IMG/VR virus record: IMGVR_UViG_3300033153_004222
Location: 1 to 64,000 of that record
Reading direction: 5' to 3' (one strand)
DNA: 64,000 bases
Source: a virus
Shown here: positions 10,622 to 19,279 of the stretch, in pieces
How positions within the stretch are numbered: position 1 is the first letter of the stretch
Layout: the number at the start of each line of letters is the position of its first letter
Program-made: the position numbers and the translations under genes
Notes under the pieces: model-generated
Seen by the model: only the letters and a program-made list of their open reading frames with translations
Database searches by the model: none
Told to the model about the DNA's origin: nothing

Positions 10622-10629
10622 CAAATATA
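10622..10629 (-). promoter_or_regulatory. Bacteroidota sigmaA -7 element (TATATTTG)
   Basis: TAnnTTTG in the intergenic region upstream of the portal gene. Confidence 0.5.
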
Positions 10630-10647
10630 AATATTTTAATTATCCTT

Positions 10648-12732
10648 TTACACATGTCTTGGTTTTCGGAATAATGTTCTATTAAAAAAACTATCCTTTG
10701 GAATAAGCCTGTTTAATCCTAATTTATCTACTCTAACTTTGTAGTTATCTTGAGAGTGAAACATACACAACATTAACGCAATAACTCTGTCAAAGTTCCC
10801 CTTTTTATTATAAGAAATAAGTTCCTGTAATAAAGGAACTGAGTAAATAGTATCCAAATTTTTAGTAGATTCACCATCATCTTTTTCTCCTTTTTTCTCT
10901 AATAACCAATCTCTTAAATATATCTCTCCTTGAACTTTTATAGGTTCTGACATATGAATACCATAACCTCGCTGTGTCTTTGAAGAAGGAACAATATCTT
11001 TAAGTATTGAAGGTTGTTGTTTCAATAAATAAAGACATTTCTTTTGCTCAAAATATATTTTTAAACCTCTTAAATTATTTTCATAAAGAGTTTGTGCATT
11101 GTAATATACAAGTAATTTTCTAATTGTTTCATAATACTCTTTTGCTGTTCCTGGTCTTCCTGTATATTCTGCAACAATCATATTATAAGTATTATCAAAA
11201 GTTTGAAAAGTCTTGTATATGAATGTACTGCCTAAAGAAGTTGTCGTAGAACTGTCCTGGTCGTAGGGATCTGTCCCTGCAATATACAATCCAAACGGAG
11301 TATCTCCCATCTCATCTCTATAAGGATGCTCCCATACTACAACACAACCATCTTTATAATCTGAATCTTTTAAAGGAAATTTATAAATTGGTTTTTGACT
11401 TTGATCTATACTCCATTTAATTTTATTTTCTTCCCAATAAAGTTCCCCTGTTTGAGAAAGTGCTTTATACCTGCTGCTGGTTTCTATTTTAGCTAATTGA
11501 TTTTGAAGCTCAATAGTTGGAAATATATTTCCTGATACCTGCAGGAAAGCTTCTTGAGGAGTTTTTGGATACTGAGTAATATATTTTTCCCAAGTAGTTC
11601 TGGAATCAGAAAGTTTCATTACCTCTCTTTCACGATCTAACCAAAGTTCTGCAGCTTCACGGTTAGAATTTCCATCTATATCCACCATATTAAAGGTGAT
11701 CTCATCATCATGACTAAAAATAAACTTCTTAGTTAAATATGGAAATCCTTCTTGATCAACTACTTCTTCTCTTTTAATATGAACTTCTCCTGGCTTGTAC
11801 CACATATCATCTATGAATAATCCGCAGGTACTATTCTCAGCAGCATCATCCCATACATTTTCATAAGATCTTAACCAGTATTTGCCAGGATTGTAGAACA
11901 TTTCTGCAAAATCATTTGATCCTCCTTCCATATCACCACCTGTTCCATAGATAATAGGCATACCAATCATCAATGTACCATCTCTAAATGCAGGAGCTGT
12001 AACCATATACGATTGGATCAGGTTTCTCCACTTACCTGCTTCTTCAAATAAAAACAATTCTGCTTTCTTACCGATGGCGGCAGAGAAGTTATCCTTAAAA
12101 GTAAGTGTAAATATCTCTGAATTGTATCCAGACCATATTTCATTCCCTTCCAGAATTTCTTTAAACCTGGATTTAACATGATCTTTACGATCTGGATTTC
12201 TTCTCTTTCTCCAGGCTGTATTCTTATTAACAAAATTCAAAACCTCTAAAGACATATACATTGTTGCTTGAGAATATTCAGAGAGATATGCTCCTATGAT
12301 ACTGGTAGAGTCCCGTTGAAATGTATAATTATAAGCACATAGAGCTGCACTTTTAAAAGAGAATCCTTTCCGTCTTGCTTTGGCTACAATAAGACCTTCG
12401 TTATTATTCCTGGCTTTTTCCTTTTCATGGAAGAAATAATAATCTACATCCAGGAATCTTGGAAAGGTAAGTCTTGTTCTTTTGATTTGGTTATCATCAA
12501 TAGTAGCTTTGATCTGAGAAAAATTAAGATAAAAATAATGTTCACCTGTTATTGTAACGCCTGAAACTTCATATCCTTCTAAACAGCGTCTGGTTTGCTC
12601 ATTCCAATACTCTTTATAAGCAAATGTTCCTCTTGGGGCATTAGTGTAAGATCCATTTTTTAGAAAGTTCCGGGCCTCCTCTTCAAAGTGCCGAGTATTT
12701 ATAAAACTTGGTTGTGTTGCTATCTTATACAT
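10648..12732 (-). CDS. terL: Terminase large subunit
   Basis: Walker A-like KARRKGFS, Walker B LFEEAG, GTGG motif, nuclease AGTDPYD and FDRVIA. Confidence 0.93.
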   Translation of the reverse strand: MYKIATQPSFINTRHFEEEARNFLKNGSYTNAPRGTFAYKEYWNEQTRRCLEGYEVSGVTITGEHYFYLNFSQIKATIDDNQIKRTRLTFPRFLDVDYYFFHEKEKARNNNEGLIVAKARRKGFSFKSAALCAYNYTFQRDSTSIIGAYLSEYSQATMYMSLEVLNFVNKNTAWRKRRNPDRKDHVKSRFKEILEGNEIWSGYNSEIFTLTFKDNFSAAIGKKAELFLFEEAGKWRNLIQSYMVTAPAFRDGTLMIGMPIIYGTGGDMEGGSNDFAEMFYNPGKYWLRSYENVWDDAAENSTCGLFIDDMWYKPGEVHIKREEVVDQEGFPYLTKKFIFSHDDEITFNMVDIDGNSNREAAELWLDREREVMKLSDSRTTWEKYITQYPKTPQEAFLQVSGNIFPTIELQNQLAKIETSSRYKALSQTGELYWEENKIKWSIDQSQKPIYKFPLKDSDYKDGCVVVWEHPYRDEMGDTPFGLYIAGTDPYDQDSSTTTSLGSTFIYKTFQTFDNTYNMIVAEYTGRPGTAKEYYETIRKLLVYYNAQTLYENNLRGLKIYFEQKKCLYLLKQQPSILKDIVPSSKTQRGYGIHMSEPIKVQGEIYLRDWLLEKKGEKDDGESTKNLDTIYSVPLLQELISYNKKGNFDRVIALMLCMFHSQDNYKVRVDKLGLNRLIPKDSFFNRTLFRKPRHV

Positions 12733-12892
12733 TTATTTTCCATTTATCTCCAGAGGGATGTGGGCATTTAGCTTTTTTTAATAATGTCTTTAAATCCATA
12801 AAACATCCACATTCTTTACATTGCCGGATCTTGCTAAATCTATCACATTTTTTACATACATCCAGCCTTCGCATGGCTTCTTTACCTCTCAT
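12725..12892 (-). CDS. Small Cys-rich zinc-finger-like protein (55 aa)
   Basis: MRGKEAMRRLDVCKKC...QCKECGCFM...AKCP...KW; fills the gap between flanking genes with short overlaps; below the ORF-track cutoff. Confidence 0.7.
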   Translation of the reverse strand: MRGKEAMRRLDVCKKCDRFSKIRQCKECGCFMDLKTLLKKAKCPHPSGDKWKINV

Positions 12893-13424
12893 ATTCTCCT
12901 ATTTCTCCTCCTCCTCTTACTCTGGAAGAAGTAGTAATTTCTTTTTTAACTTGTTCTGTTGTTTTATTCAGAGATTCAATGATCCCTCCGATAGCTTTTA
13001 AGTTCAATGCAACATCTTTTGCATTATAGATTGGTCTGCCATCCTCATCTAATTCTTTGAAATCTACGCCATGAAAATAATCAGATAACTTATTACAGGC
13101 TACCTTTGCAGCTGCAAGTAATCTCATAGAAGTTGTTTCCTGAAAAGATTTATATTTTCTAATCGCTTCCTTAACCATATCTTTCTCCAGATAATTTTCA
13201 TATCCCTGCATGAAATCCTGTTTTAATATCTTTTGTCTTTCATCCTCTGGATAAATGGCATAAGGAGAATTATAATCACACATAAAATAAACATATGTCA
13301 ATATCTTTTCTGCCTTTACTTTGTGTTTAGTCTTATCCTTATCCCATATAACTAAAAATTCTGGAACCGCTATTGTGTTTGGATCCAGAATTATTCTATT
13401 ATCTCTTAAATCAAATAACCCCAT
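12882..13424 (-). CDS. Conserved crAss-like protein upstream of TerL (TerS candidate)
   Basis: 180 aa; IWDKDKTKHK..A.K.LTYVYFMCDYNSPY and C-terminal RVRGG; position upstream of terL. Confidence 0.6.
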   Translation of the reverse strand: MGLFDLRDNRIILDPNTIAVPEFLVIWDKDKTKHKVKAEKILTYVYFMCDYNSPYAIYPEDERQKILKQDFMQGYENYLEKDMVKEAIRKYKSFQETTSMRLLAAAKVACNKLSDYFHGVDFKELDEDGRPIYNAKDVALNLKAIGGIIESLNKTTEQVKKEITTSSRVRGGGEIGEYER

Positions 13425-13633
13425 TACTCTTTCTTTTTAGGTTTTAAATACTTTCTTCTCCCAGGCTTTACTCCAAAAACCCCCAAATATATTAATCTTA
13501 CAGCTTCTGTAGAATCTTTTTGAGCCTCTGTTAATAACAATTTAAATTCACTTCGTACAATCATCTCCACATCATGAGTGGAAATTCCGGTTTCCACGGC
13601 TATTTCCTTTATAAGGGATTTAACTTGTTTCAT
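13424..13633 (-). CDS. IHF/HU-like DNA-binding protein
   Basis: LIKEIAVETGIS..DVE.IV...F and VRLIYLGVFGVK HU-like pattern. Confidence 0.7.
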   Translation of the reverse strand: MKQVKSLIKEIAVETGISTHDVEMIVRSEFKLLLTEAQKDSTEAVRLIYLGVFGVKPGRRKYLKPKKKE

Positions 13634-13976
13634 ACTGAATACTGATCACAATATCTATTTTCTTTTCTCCATTAACATTAGGTATAAGAGTTTTTGTTAT
13701 ACTTGATGTATCAGTACCTATAATAATTGCTCTTTTATTTTTTAAAGCATTAATATAATTATTTATATTATGGGTAGTTATATTAAGTTTCTTTCTAACC
13801 TCCTGGCGATTACCGGTCTTAAAAAGATCAGTATCCTTGGTATCCATATAGATACAAAGGAACTCACATAATATAAGAAGCTCCTTTTTAGTAAGAGGAA
13901 GCATACCACTTAAAGCACATAACCACTTATAATAAAAATCCTTATTGCTTTTAGCTCCAATTTTAAAATTAGCCAT
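13620..13976 (-). CDS. Winged-helix DNA-binding protein
   Basis: LTKKELLIL...RQEVRKKLNIT..NINNYINALKNKRAI HTH-like pattern. Confidence 0.55.
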   Translation of the reverse strand: MANFKIGAKSNKDFYYKWLCALSGMLPLTKKELLILCEFLCIYMDTKDTDLFKTGNRQEVRKKLNITTHNINNYINALKNKRAIIIGTDTSSITKTLIPNVNGEKKIDIVISIQYETS

Positions 13977-13989
13977 GTTTTCTTTTATA

Positions 13990-13997
13990 CAAAGGTA
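13990..13997 (-). promoter_or_regulatory. Bacteroidota sigmaA -7 element (TACCTTTG)
   Basis: TAnnTTTG upstream of the start at 13976. Confidence 0.5.
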
Positions 13998-14017
13998 TAA
14001 AAAAAGTCCTTATAAAG

Positions 14018-14054
14018 AAAAAGCCTTCTCTAAATGAATAAAGAAGGCTTTTTT
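14018..14054. terminator. Terminator-like hairpin, possibly bidirectional
   Basis: AAAAGCCTTCT...AGAAGGCTTTT with A/T runs on both sides. Confidence 0.6.
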
Positions 14055-14111
14055 CTCTCGAAAGAGAACGGAGTAAATAGAGAAAGGAGAGGGTTTACAA
14101 CAATATCAAGG

Positions 14112-14291
14112 TTATTCCTTTACGGTATAACAAATATTGGGAGGCAATGTCTGAGTCATTTGCCAATCGAAACCCTGCTGCTCAAGAAGCTGAAGTGTGA
14201 TGCTCTCTCTTTCATACCCCGATAAAGTTGATTTCAACTCATCGATTTCTGCTTCAAGTACGGCCACTCTTTCTTCTAATTCTGCGTTCAT
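14112..14291 (-). CDS. Small coiled-coil hypothetical protein (59 aa)
   Basis: MNAELEERVAVLEAEIDELKS...; preceded by TATATTTG at 14310-14317; not in the ORF track. Confidence 0.55.
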   Translation of the reverse strand: MNAELEERVAVLEAEIDELKSTLSGYERESITLQLLEQQGFDWQMTQTLPPNICYTVKE

Positions 14292-14331
14292 CTCATCTAA
14301 TTAACATCCCAAATATAGATAAAAAATATAT

Positions 14332-15108
14332 CTAAATCAACAGATTGTTAAAAATTAATTCCACTTCCAGAGAAAGATTTAAACATTCTATTACTTTATA
14401 CTGTTCATTTCCTTCAAAAAACCATACTATATAACACTTCCCGATATCTAATCCGGTTTGGTCCTGCAAAATTTTTCTGTACATAGAGAGTTGTAAAGAA
14501 TACACAACTAACTCACAATCATCGAGATGTGCTAATACTCCTTTTAATTTCTTATCATAAGGACTGTGATCCTGCATCCTTTTATTAGTCTTCCAATCCC
14601 ATATCTGAAGTTCATCAGCTTTATAATTGAAAAACACTTGATCTATCATTCCGCATATCCCTGCTTTTTTATCCCCTATCACCAATTCAGACTTAATTGG
14701 CAGGAGCTTCCCTATGATATCTTCGGTAAACTTATCAACTTGTGTGCTTATAGCATCTACCCTGTCCTTCACCAAGCTTACATTTTCTTTGCCTACTTCA
14801 GAGGCTACATAATCATATGGAAAAGGATAAACCTTCTGACATAATAAATTTTCTATATAATTGTGAATAACAGTACCTTTAGTAGTAGCGATCTTTCCGT
14901 TGATACGCCATTCTTTAAGCTTCTCTGCTTTAGTAATTCCTTCTTCTTCGGCTTTTCTTCCTGCCCAAAAATCTGCATTGAACTTCTCTTTGAACTGGTT
15001 CAATAAGGATGTTACAGATTGTTGTTTCTTTCCATTTAAAATATACACATGCTTCTTATCATAAAACTTTATATCAGAAAATACTGATAACTTTTTTAAA
15101 TAATTCAT
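14332..15108 (-). CDS. PD-(D/E)xK family nuclease
   Basis: SVTSLL, KGTVIHNYIE, ICGMIDQV, IWDWKTNK, YSLQLSMY. Confidence 0.85.
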   Translation of the reverse strand: MNYLKKLSVFSDIKFYDKKHVYILNGKKQQSVTSLLNQFKEKFNADFWAGRKAEEEGITKAEKLKEWRINGKIATTKGTVIHNYIENLLCQKVYPFPYDYVASEVGKENVSLVKDRVDAISTQVDKFTEDIIGKLLPIKSELVIGDKKAGICGMIDQVFFNYKADELQIWDWKTNKRMQDHSPYDKKLKGVLAHLDDCELVVYSLQLSMYRKILQDQTGLDIGKCYIVWFFEGNEQYKVIECLNLSLEVELIFNNLLI

Positions 15109-15629
15109 TTCTTTTCAAACTTTTTACTCTTGTCTTTACTTCCCTGGCTACTTCCAAAGAAGAAATTAATTACTGTATTCCGCTCATTGATTAATGCACC
15201 CGTCAAAGTTCCTACAATTCCAGTAACTACTGCAGCTACAGGGCCTTCCACGAACAGAATCACACATACTTGCACAACAACAAGCCCCAACATAATCCAT
15301 AGGTTCCAAGTAATAATATTATCAGCTATGCTATCAGATGTTTGGTGATCTGTAGTACGATACATTAATCGAGCGTCTTTGGTATTCTCCAGATGTAACT
15401 CTAACTCCTGGTGATAACTTTTAAGTAATTGCTCCACTTCCACTTGCTCTTCGTCTGACAAGTTTGGAGAGATCTTTTTAACTATATTAGTAACTATACT
15501 GAGAGGAGGGTAAATATCATCTGCAACCTCAAGGATCCCCTCTAATATCGGACCACCCTTTTCTTTTACAAATCCCCCTATTTTAGATAGTACATTTTTT
15601 AGTTTTTCTTTACCTCTTCCGTCTGCCAT
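15105..15629 (-). CDS. Putative holin / membrane protein
   Basis: DARLMY motif, two hydrophobic segments, C-terminal FFFGSSQGSKDK typical of holin-like phage proteins. Confidence 0.65.
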   Translation of the reverse strand: MADGRGKEKLKNVLSKIGGFVKEKGGPILEGILEVADDIYPPLSIVTNIVKKISPNLSDEEQVEVEQLLKSYHQELELHLENTKDARLMYRTTDHQTSDSIADNIITWNLWIMLGLVVVQVCVILFVEGPVAAVVTGIVGTLTGALINERNTVINFFFGSSQGSKDKSKKFEKK

Positions 15630-15709
15630 GACTTCCCTGCATTAATTACTTAAAATTCAAGATACAAATAACAAGATATTTATAACAATACTGCCTGGTG
15701 TAAAGCCCT

Positions 15710-15901
15710 TTACTTAGCTTCACCAGATCCGGTTTTAGATTTGATTGACCAAATTAAACCTGCGATTGCCATAATAATACCTACTGCTTCTGAAGATATA
15801 TCATCATCGATATATCCTTTCGTTACAAGAGCACCACCTAAAATAGTGAGCCCGTGCCGGATGAACCCAAATAATTGTTCTTTTTTTAATAGATCTTTCA
15901 T
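15710..15901 (-). CDS. Small holin-like membrane protein
   Basis: 63 aa; IRHGLTILGGALVTKG...GLIWS, two TM segments. Confidence 0.65.
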   Translation of the reverse strand: MKDLLKKEQLFGFIRHGLTILGGALVTKGYIDDDISSEAVGIIMAIAGLIWSIKSKTGSGEAK

Positions 15902-16117
15902 TTTATTGATTTTTGGTTTATAATAATCTTACTGTGCCTAATACTGGCGTTTCAACTGTTGTATTTGTTATCACTACTACTTCTTTCTCTTTATCCATTT
16001 ATCTCTTATTAATATCTGCATTTTACAAATCTTTATATTAATAGCTACATTCTTTTTTTGCCAGGAGTGTAAACAAGGTGCTTTCCCCAGCTGTCGAATC
16101 AATCTCTCTAAATACAA

Positions 16118-16333
16118 TTACTTCTTCTTTTTAGCCGGGGCTTTCTTTACTGCTTTGGGCTTTGCAACTACTTTTTCTTTCTTAGGAGCTGCTTTCTTTT
16201 TTACAGGTGCTTTCTTGGCGGCTTTCGCCATAAGTATCTTAGTCATTTCTCTCTGTAGATCCTGAACAGACTTAGATGCCCATCCATCAACTCCTAAAGA
16301 CTTAGCAAGTTGTTTGATTTCGTTAAATTCCAT
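16118..16333 (-). CDS. Lys/Ala-rich histone H1-like small protein
   Basis: C-terminal KAAKKAPVKKKAAPKK...KKAPAKKKK; N-terminal EIKQLAKSLGV helix. Confidence 0.6.
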   Translation of the reverse strand: MEFNEIKQLAKSLGVDGWASKSVQDLQREMTKILMAKAAKKAPVKKKAAPKKEKVVAKPKAVKKAPAKKKK

Positions 16334-16370
16334 TTTCTTTATTTTAATTATATAATAATTTCCGTTACCA

Positions 16371-16378
16371 CAAAGTTA
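16371..16378 (-). promoter_or_regulatory. Bacteroidota sigmaA -7 element (TAACTTTG) at the head of the minus-strand block
   Basis: TAnnTTTG about 38 nt upstream of the start at 16333. Confidence 0.55.
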
Positions 16379-16565
16379 TAAAAATTTTTCTTATAAATTT
16401 TTTTTCATGTTGTATATGCGTTATCACAGAATAGTCCTATCGATGGCCCCTACTAATCATTGGCAATAGAAACCCTATACCCTTTTTCAGTTGAAAGCGA
16501 AATTGCGTATTGTGGATTTGAATTGTAAGACAACTTACTTTTTATTAATCTAAAATTATTTAATT

Positions 16566-16838
16566 ATGGAATTTATAAAATTCTTTGTAAAAGTTACGAG
16601 TATCAATCCTATTCAATTTAATAAAGATAAAAATCGTTATTATTTTGTAATGGAAAGGGCTACTGAAATTGTCAATGGACAATTTACACAACCCGAAAAT
16701 GCTATTTTAGGCAAAGATGCCGAAAAATTAAATGTTCTTGAAGACTGGCACAAGCTAATCTCAGGAGAACTTGAGAAAAATGGCGTTTGTGAAGTACAAC
16801 AAATTAAAAAGGTTGAGCCATCAGGTGAAGCACTTTAA
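16566..16838 (+). CDS. Hypothetical protein
   Basis: 90-aa ORF with AT-rich leader, followed by a terminator. Confidence 0.65.
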   Translation: MEFIKFFVKVTSINPIQFNKDKNRYYFVMERATEIVNGQFTQPENAILGKDAEKLNVLEDWHKLISGELEKNGVCEVQQIKKVEPSGEAL

Positions 16839-16850
16839 TTTGTGATTAAT

Positions 16851-16887
16851 GGCAAAGGGTATTAATTTACCCTTTGTCTATTTTTTT
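16851..16887 (+). terminator. Intrinsic terminator
   Basis: GGCAAAGGGTA-ttaatt-TACCCTTTGTC followed by a T-run. Confidence 0.7.
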
Positions 16888-16910
16888 AATGTTTATTAAA
16901 TTTTAATGTT

Positions 16911-17282
16911 GTGAAAGAAAAAAAGCCACATCAAATTATTAGTAACAAAGTTAATTTATCAGACGGAACTATTACGTTTCGTTTTGTTGGTAGATGTACA
17001 GAAGAACAAATGACAACTTTATTAAAAATGCCATTTTATAACAAAGCAACTTTTGATGTTTTTGGTCGTAAAACTGGAAACATTTTAACAAGTTTTGTTT
17101 CTTCAAAAAATGGTCGTTTGTATCTTGAATTTTTGACAAATTCGGGAAACATTGCAAATGCTCAGAATCAAATGAAAGTATTTTTTAACCACTTTCAAAA
17201 AGTTAGTACTGAAAGTAAAATTTTGAAATTAAAAAGACATTTAGACTCTTTGAAAATTCAGGGTATTACTTCTAAATTTTAA
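16911..17282 (+). CDS. Hypothetical protein
   Basis: 123-aa ORF, GTG start. Confidence 0.55.
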   Translation: MKEKKPHQIISNKVNLSDGTITFRFVGRCTEEQMTTLLKMPFYNKATFDVFGRKTGNILTSFVSSKNGRLYLEFLTNSGNIANAQNQMKVFFNHFQKVSTESKILKLKRHLDSLKIQGITSKF

Positions 17283-17660
17283 ACCTCTCATTTTTAGGGT
17301 TTTCCTTTTATTTTGAACAGAGTTAATTCCCGTTTCAAAATTAAAATGAAAATTACCTTTTTTCGTTTCCCTGAAAAATGATGTTTTACAAAAAAATAAG
17401 GCAGAATCTTAAAATAAAGATTAAGCAAAAGAATTTTTTCACTTGTTAGCTACTTGTTGAAATGGCAAAAATTCCATGATGGTTGAACCTTAGACCATTT
17501 TTTTCTTGTTAAATTTTGGTTGGCGAAGTGAAGCTGTAAACCCAAAATAACAAGAATAACAAACCCATCTATGACTCCTACTAATCATTGCGTATTGCAA
17601 TATATGTTAATGCATATGTGATACGGAATTAAATTAATTGTTCACCTAAATTTATTTATT

Positions 17661-17927
17661 ATGTCACGGACTAAACAACGACCATTTGCTGTAACAGCAT
17701 TTGGAGTATGTACTCTTTTGGCTTTTATGCCTTTCGCAACAGTATTAATCAATATGATATTCTCTGGATTCTGTTCTTTCATTTATAATGATGGAACAAT
17801 CTATGATAGTATGATGGGACACCCTTTAAGTTATTTTGTTTGGGGATTGTTTGTTTTGATTTTTACGATCTGCTGTTTACATGAAGCAGACGAAAGGTGG
17901 CAAGATTCACAAAAGTATAATTATTAA
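17661..17927 (+). CDS. Small two-TM membrane protein
   Basis: Two hydrophobic segments; AT-rich leader. Confidence 0.55.
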   Translation: MSRTKQRPFAVTAFGVCTLLAFMPFATVLINMIFSGFCSFIYNDGTIYDSMMGHPLSYFVWGLFVLIFTICCLHEADERWQDSQKYNY

Positions 17928-18043
17928 TGACCGCTCGTTTCCTGGGTTTTCCTTTTCCACGCTTGACAGCTGTAGTAAAATGAAACTGATCCCTTTTCTT
18001 TTCCCTGGAACTGAAGTCTATCTATTCACCTAAAAAATATGTT

Positions 18044-18151
18044 ATGATCAAAATTAGAAACCCGATACTGTATTGGACAGTTGTTATTACTTTATTTTTA
18101 TTATGTAACCCATTTACGATATGTGCTTTATGTTTTTATGCATGTATCTAA
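18044..18151 (+). CDS. Tiny hydrophobic peptide (35 aa)
   Basis: MIKIRNPILYWTVVITLFLLCNPF...; shares the TTCACCTA leader motif with its neighbours. Confidence 0.35.
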   Translation: MIKIRNPILYWTVVITLFLLCNPFTICALCFYACI

Positions 18152-18169
18152 ATATAAATTATTTCACCT

Positions 18170-18370
18170 ATGAAACTTGAATTTAAAAAAGAAACCGAAA
18201 AATTAATCGCCCTTGGAATAGGGTGGGAACAACACGAATATCCTCATCGTATGGCACCAGAAAAAGTAACAAAGATTGTCTTTGTATTCTTATGCTGGGT
18301 AATAGAGGTAAAAATTACCACAGAGTATACTTTACTTACCGAAGGTACATCTGGGACTGAAATAGTATAG
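18170..18370 (+). CDS. Hypothetical protein
   Basis: 66-aa ORF followed by a hairpin. Confidence 0.55.
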   Translation: MKLEFKKETEKLIALGIGWEQHEYPHRMAPEKVTKIVFVFLCWVIEVKITTEYTLLTEGTSGTEIV

Positions 18371-18649
18371 TGAAGGGTGAGTGAAAGGAAAAGAGCTACC
18401 ATTGGTAGTTCTTCTTCCTGGATATCAGATCCATAACTCCTACTAATCTCTGGTTTACAGGATAATATGTGAGTGCATATGTTATTCTTGGGGATTCAGA
18501 GAGTTGATGAGAGCATATTTATCCATAACTCCTACTAATTTTTGCGGTTTGCATTATTTGGACTGCGTTTGTGCGTGGGAAAACGCACCGCTATTGAAAT
18601 ACTATGGTTATAGCCTTTGTTTTTATATAAGGCTTTTTATTACACATTG

Positions 18650-19072
18650 TAAATATTATAGCGTAAAGTTATATGTGCTCTTAAAGAGTAACGGAGTGTG
18701 GCGAGGTCCAGCTTGGCAACAGAAATGGTAATCGGTGAGTAAGACAATAGTGTTCTTACCATGAGAGAAGGCCTTCGATAATTGCAATTGTACAGGCAAT
18801 ATGTAATTCAGGCGAATGTAAGTCCCATAACAAATGGGCATTTGACTGTAAATCCTACGCAGTATAAAGGTCTTGTACCTGAAATGTTAAGCGAATAGAG
18901 AGGATTGAAGTTTGTAAGTAGAACTATCTGAAGCAAATCAGTAAAATAACTTTCGGTGATCGTTTTGGGCTTTTTGTTGGAAGGTTTTATGCCTTTCGGC
19001 AAAGCTCAAAGCTATCGATTTTATTTGACATAATCAAGTGGTGTTGAAAAATAAAGTATAGTTATATGATTT
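18650..19072 (+). ncRNA. Large structured ncRNA, ROOL-like (tentative)
   Basis: No credible ORF; local stems (CCCAT/ATGGG, ACTG/CAGT, TTTGGGC/GCTCAAA) and possible end pairing TATAGC/GTTATA; motif order (AATTGCAATT, GAATGTAAGTCCCA, GTAAATCCTACGCA, CCTGAAATGTTAAGCG, GTGGTGTTGA) resembles ROOL RNAs as recalled. Confidence 0.55.
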
Positions 19073-19101
19073 GACATTATGTTGAATTGTTAATAACTTT
19101 G
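19070..19101 (+). promoter_or_regulatory. Complete Bacteroidota sigmaA promoter
   Basis: TTTG (19070-19073), 20-nt spacer, TAACTTTG (19094-19101). Confidence 0.7.
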
Positions 19102-19108
19102 TAAGCTG

Positions 19109-19182
19109 AAGGAAATTAACTACTCATAGTTGCAACTATAGAAGTAGAGCGAGTTGAGTAATTACTTCTCGCTGTTTTCCTT
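19109..19182 (+). ncRNA. Three-way-junction RNA leader
   Basis: AAGGAAA/TTTCCTT closing stem; CTACT..ATAGTTGCAACTAT..AGTAG arm and AGCGAG..CTCGCT arm. Confidence 0.5.
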
Positions 19183-19191
19183 GCAAAATAT

Positions 19192-19273
19192 GGGGATGCT
19201 ACAGGCATTGATTACAATCAGGGCTTTTAAGAGCAGTTGTAAGACGAGGGTTCGAATCCTTCCATCTCCACCA
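19192..19273 (+). ncRNA. Mini-tmRNA: tRNA-like domain only (82 nt), Ala-type G3.U70 acceptor
   Basis: 5' GGGGATG pairs with CATCTCC-ACCA 3'; stemless D-loop; TTACAA/TTGTAA helix; GAC linker; GAGGG-TTCGAAT-CCTTC T-arm. Confidence 0.75.
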
Positions 19274-19279
19274 ATGTAA

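Larger units (their letters stand above)
16449..18539 (+). repeat. Dispersed CCTACTAAT motif, four copies
   Basis: Cores at 16449, 17577, 18439 and 18531; a 19-bp identical ATCCATAACTCCTACTAAT at 18429 and 18521. Confidence 0.75.

Noticed and set aside
18429-18539. CRISPR mini-array
   Set aside because: Only two 19-bp copies, 92 bp apart, non-palindromic, with no cas genes.
19192-19273. Canonical tRNA
   Set aside because: No D-stem and no standard 5-bp stem with 7-nt anticodon loop; the layout fits the tmRNA tRNA-like domain better.
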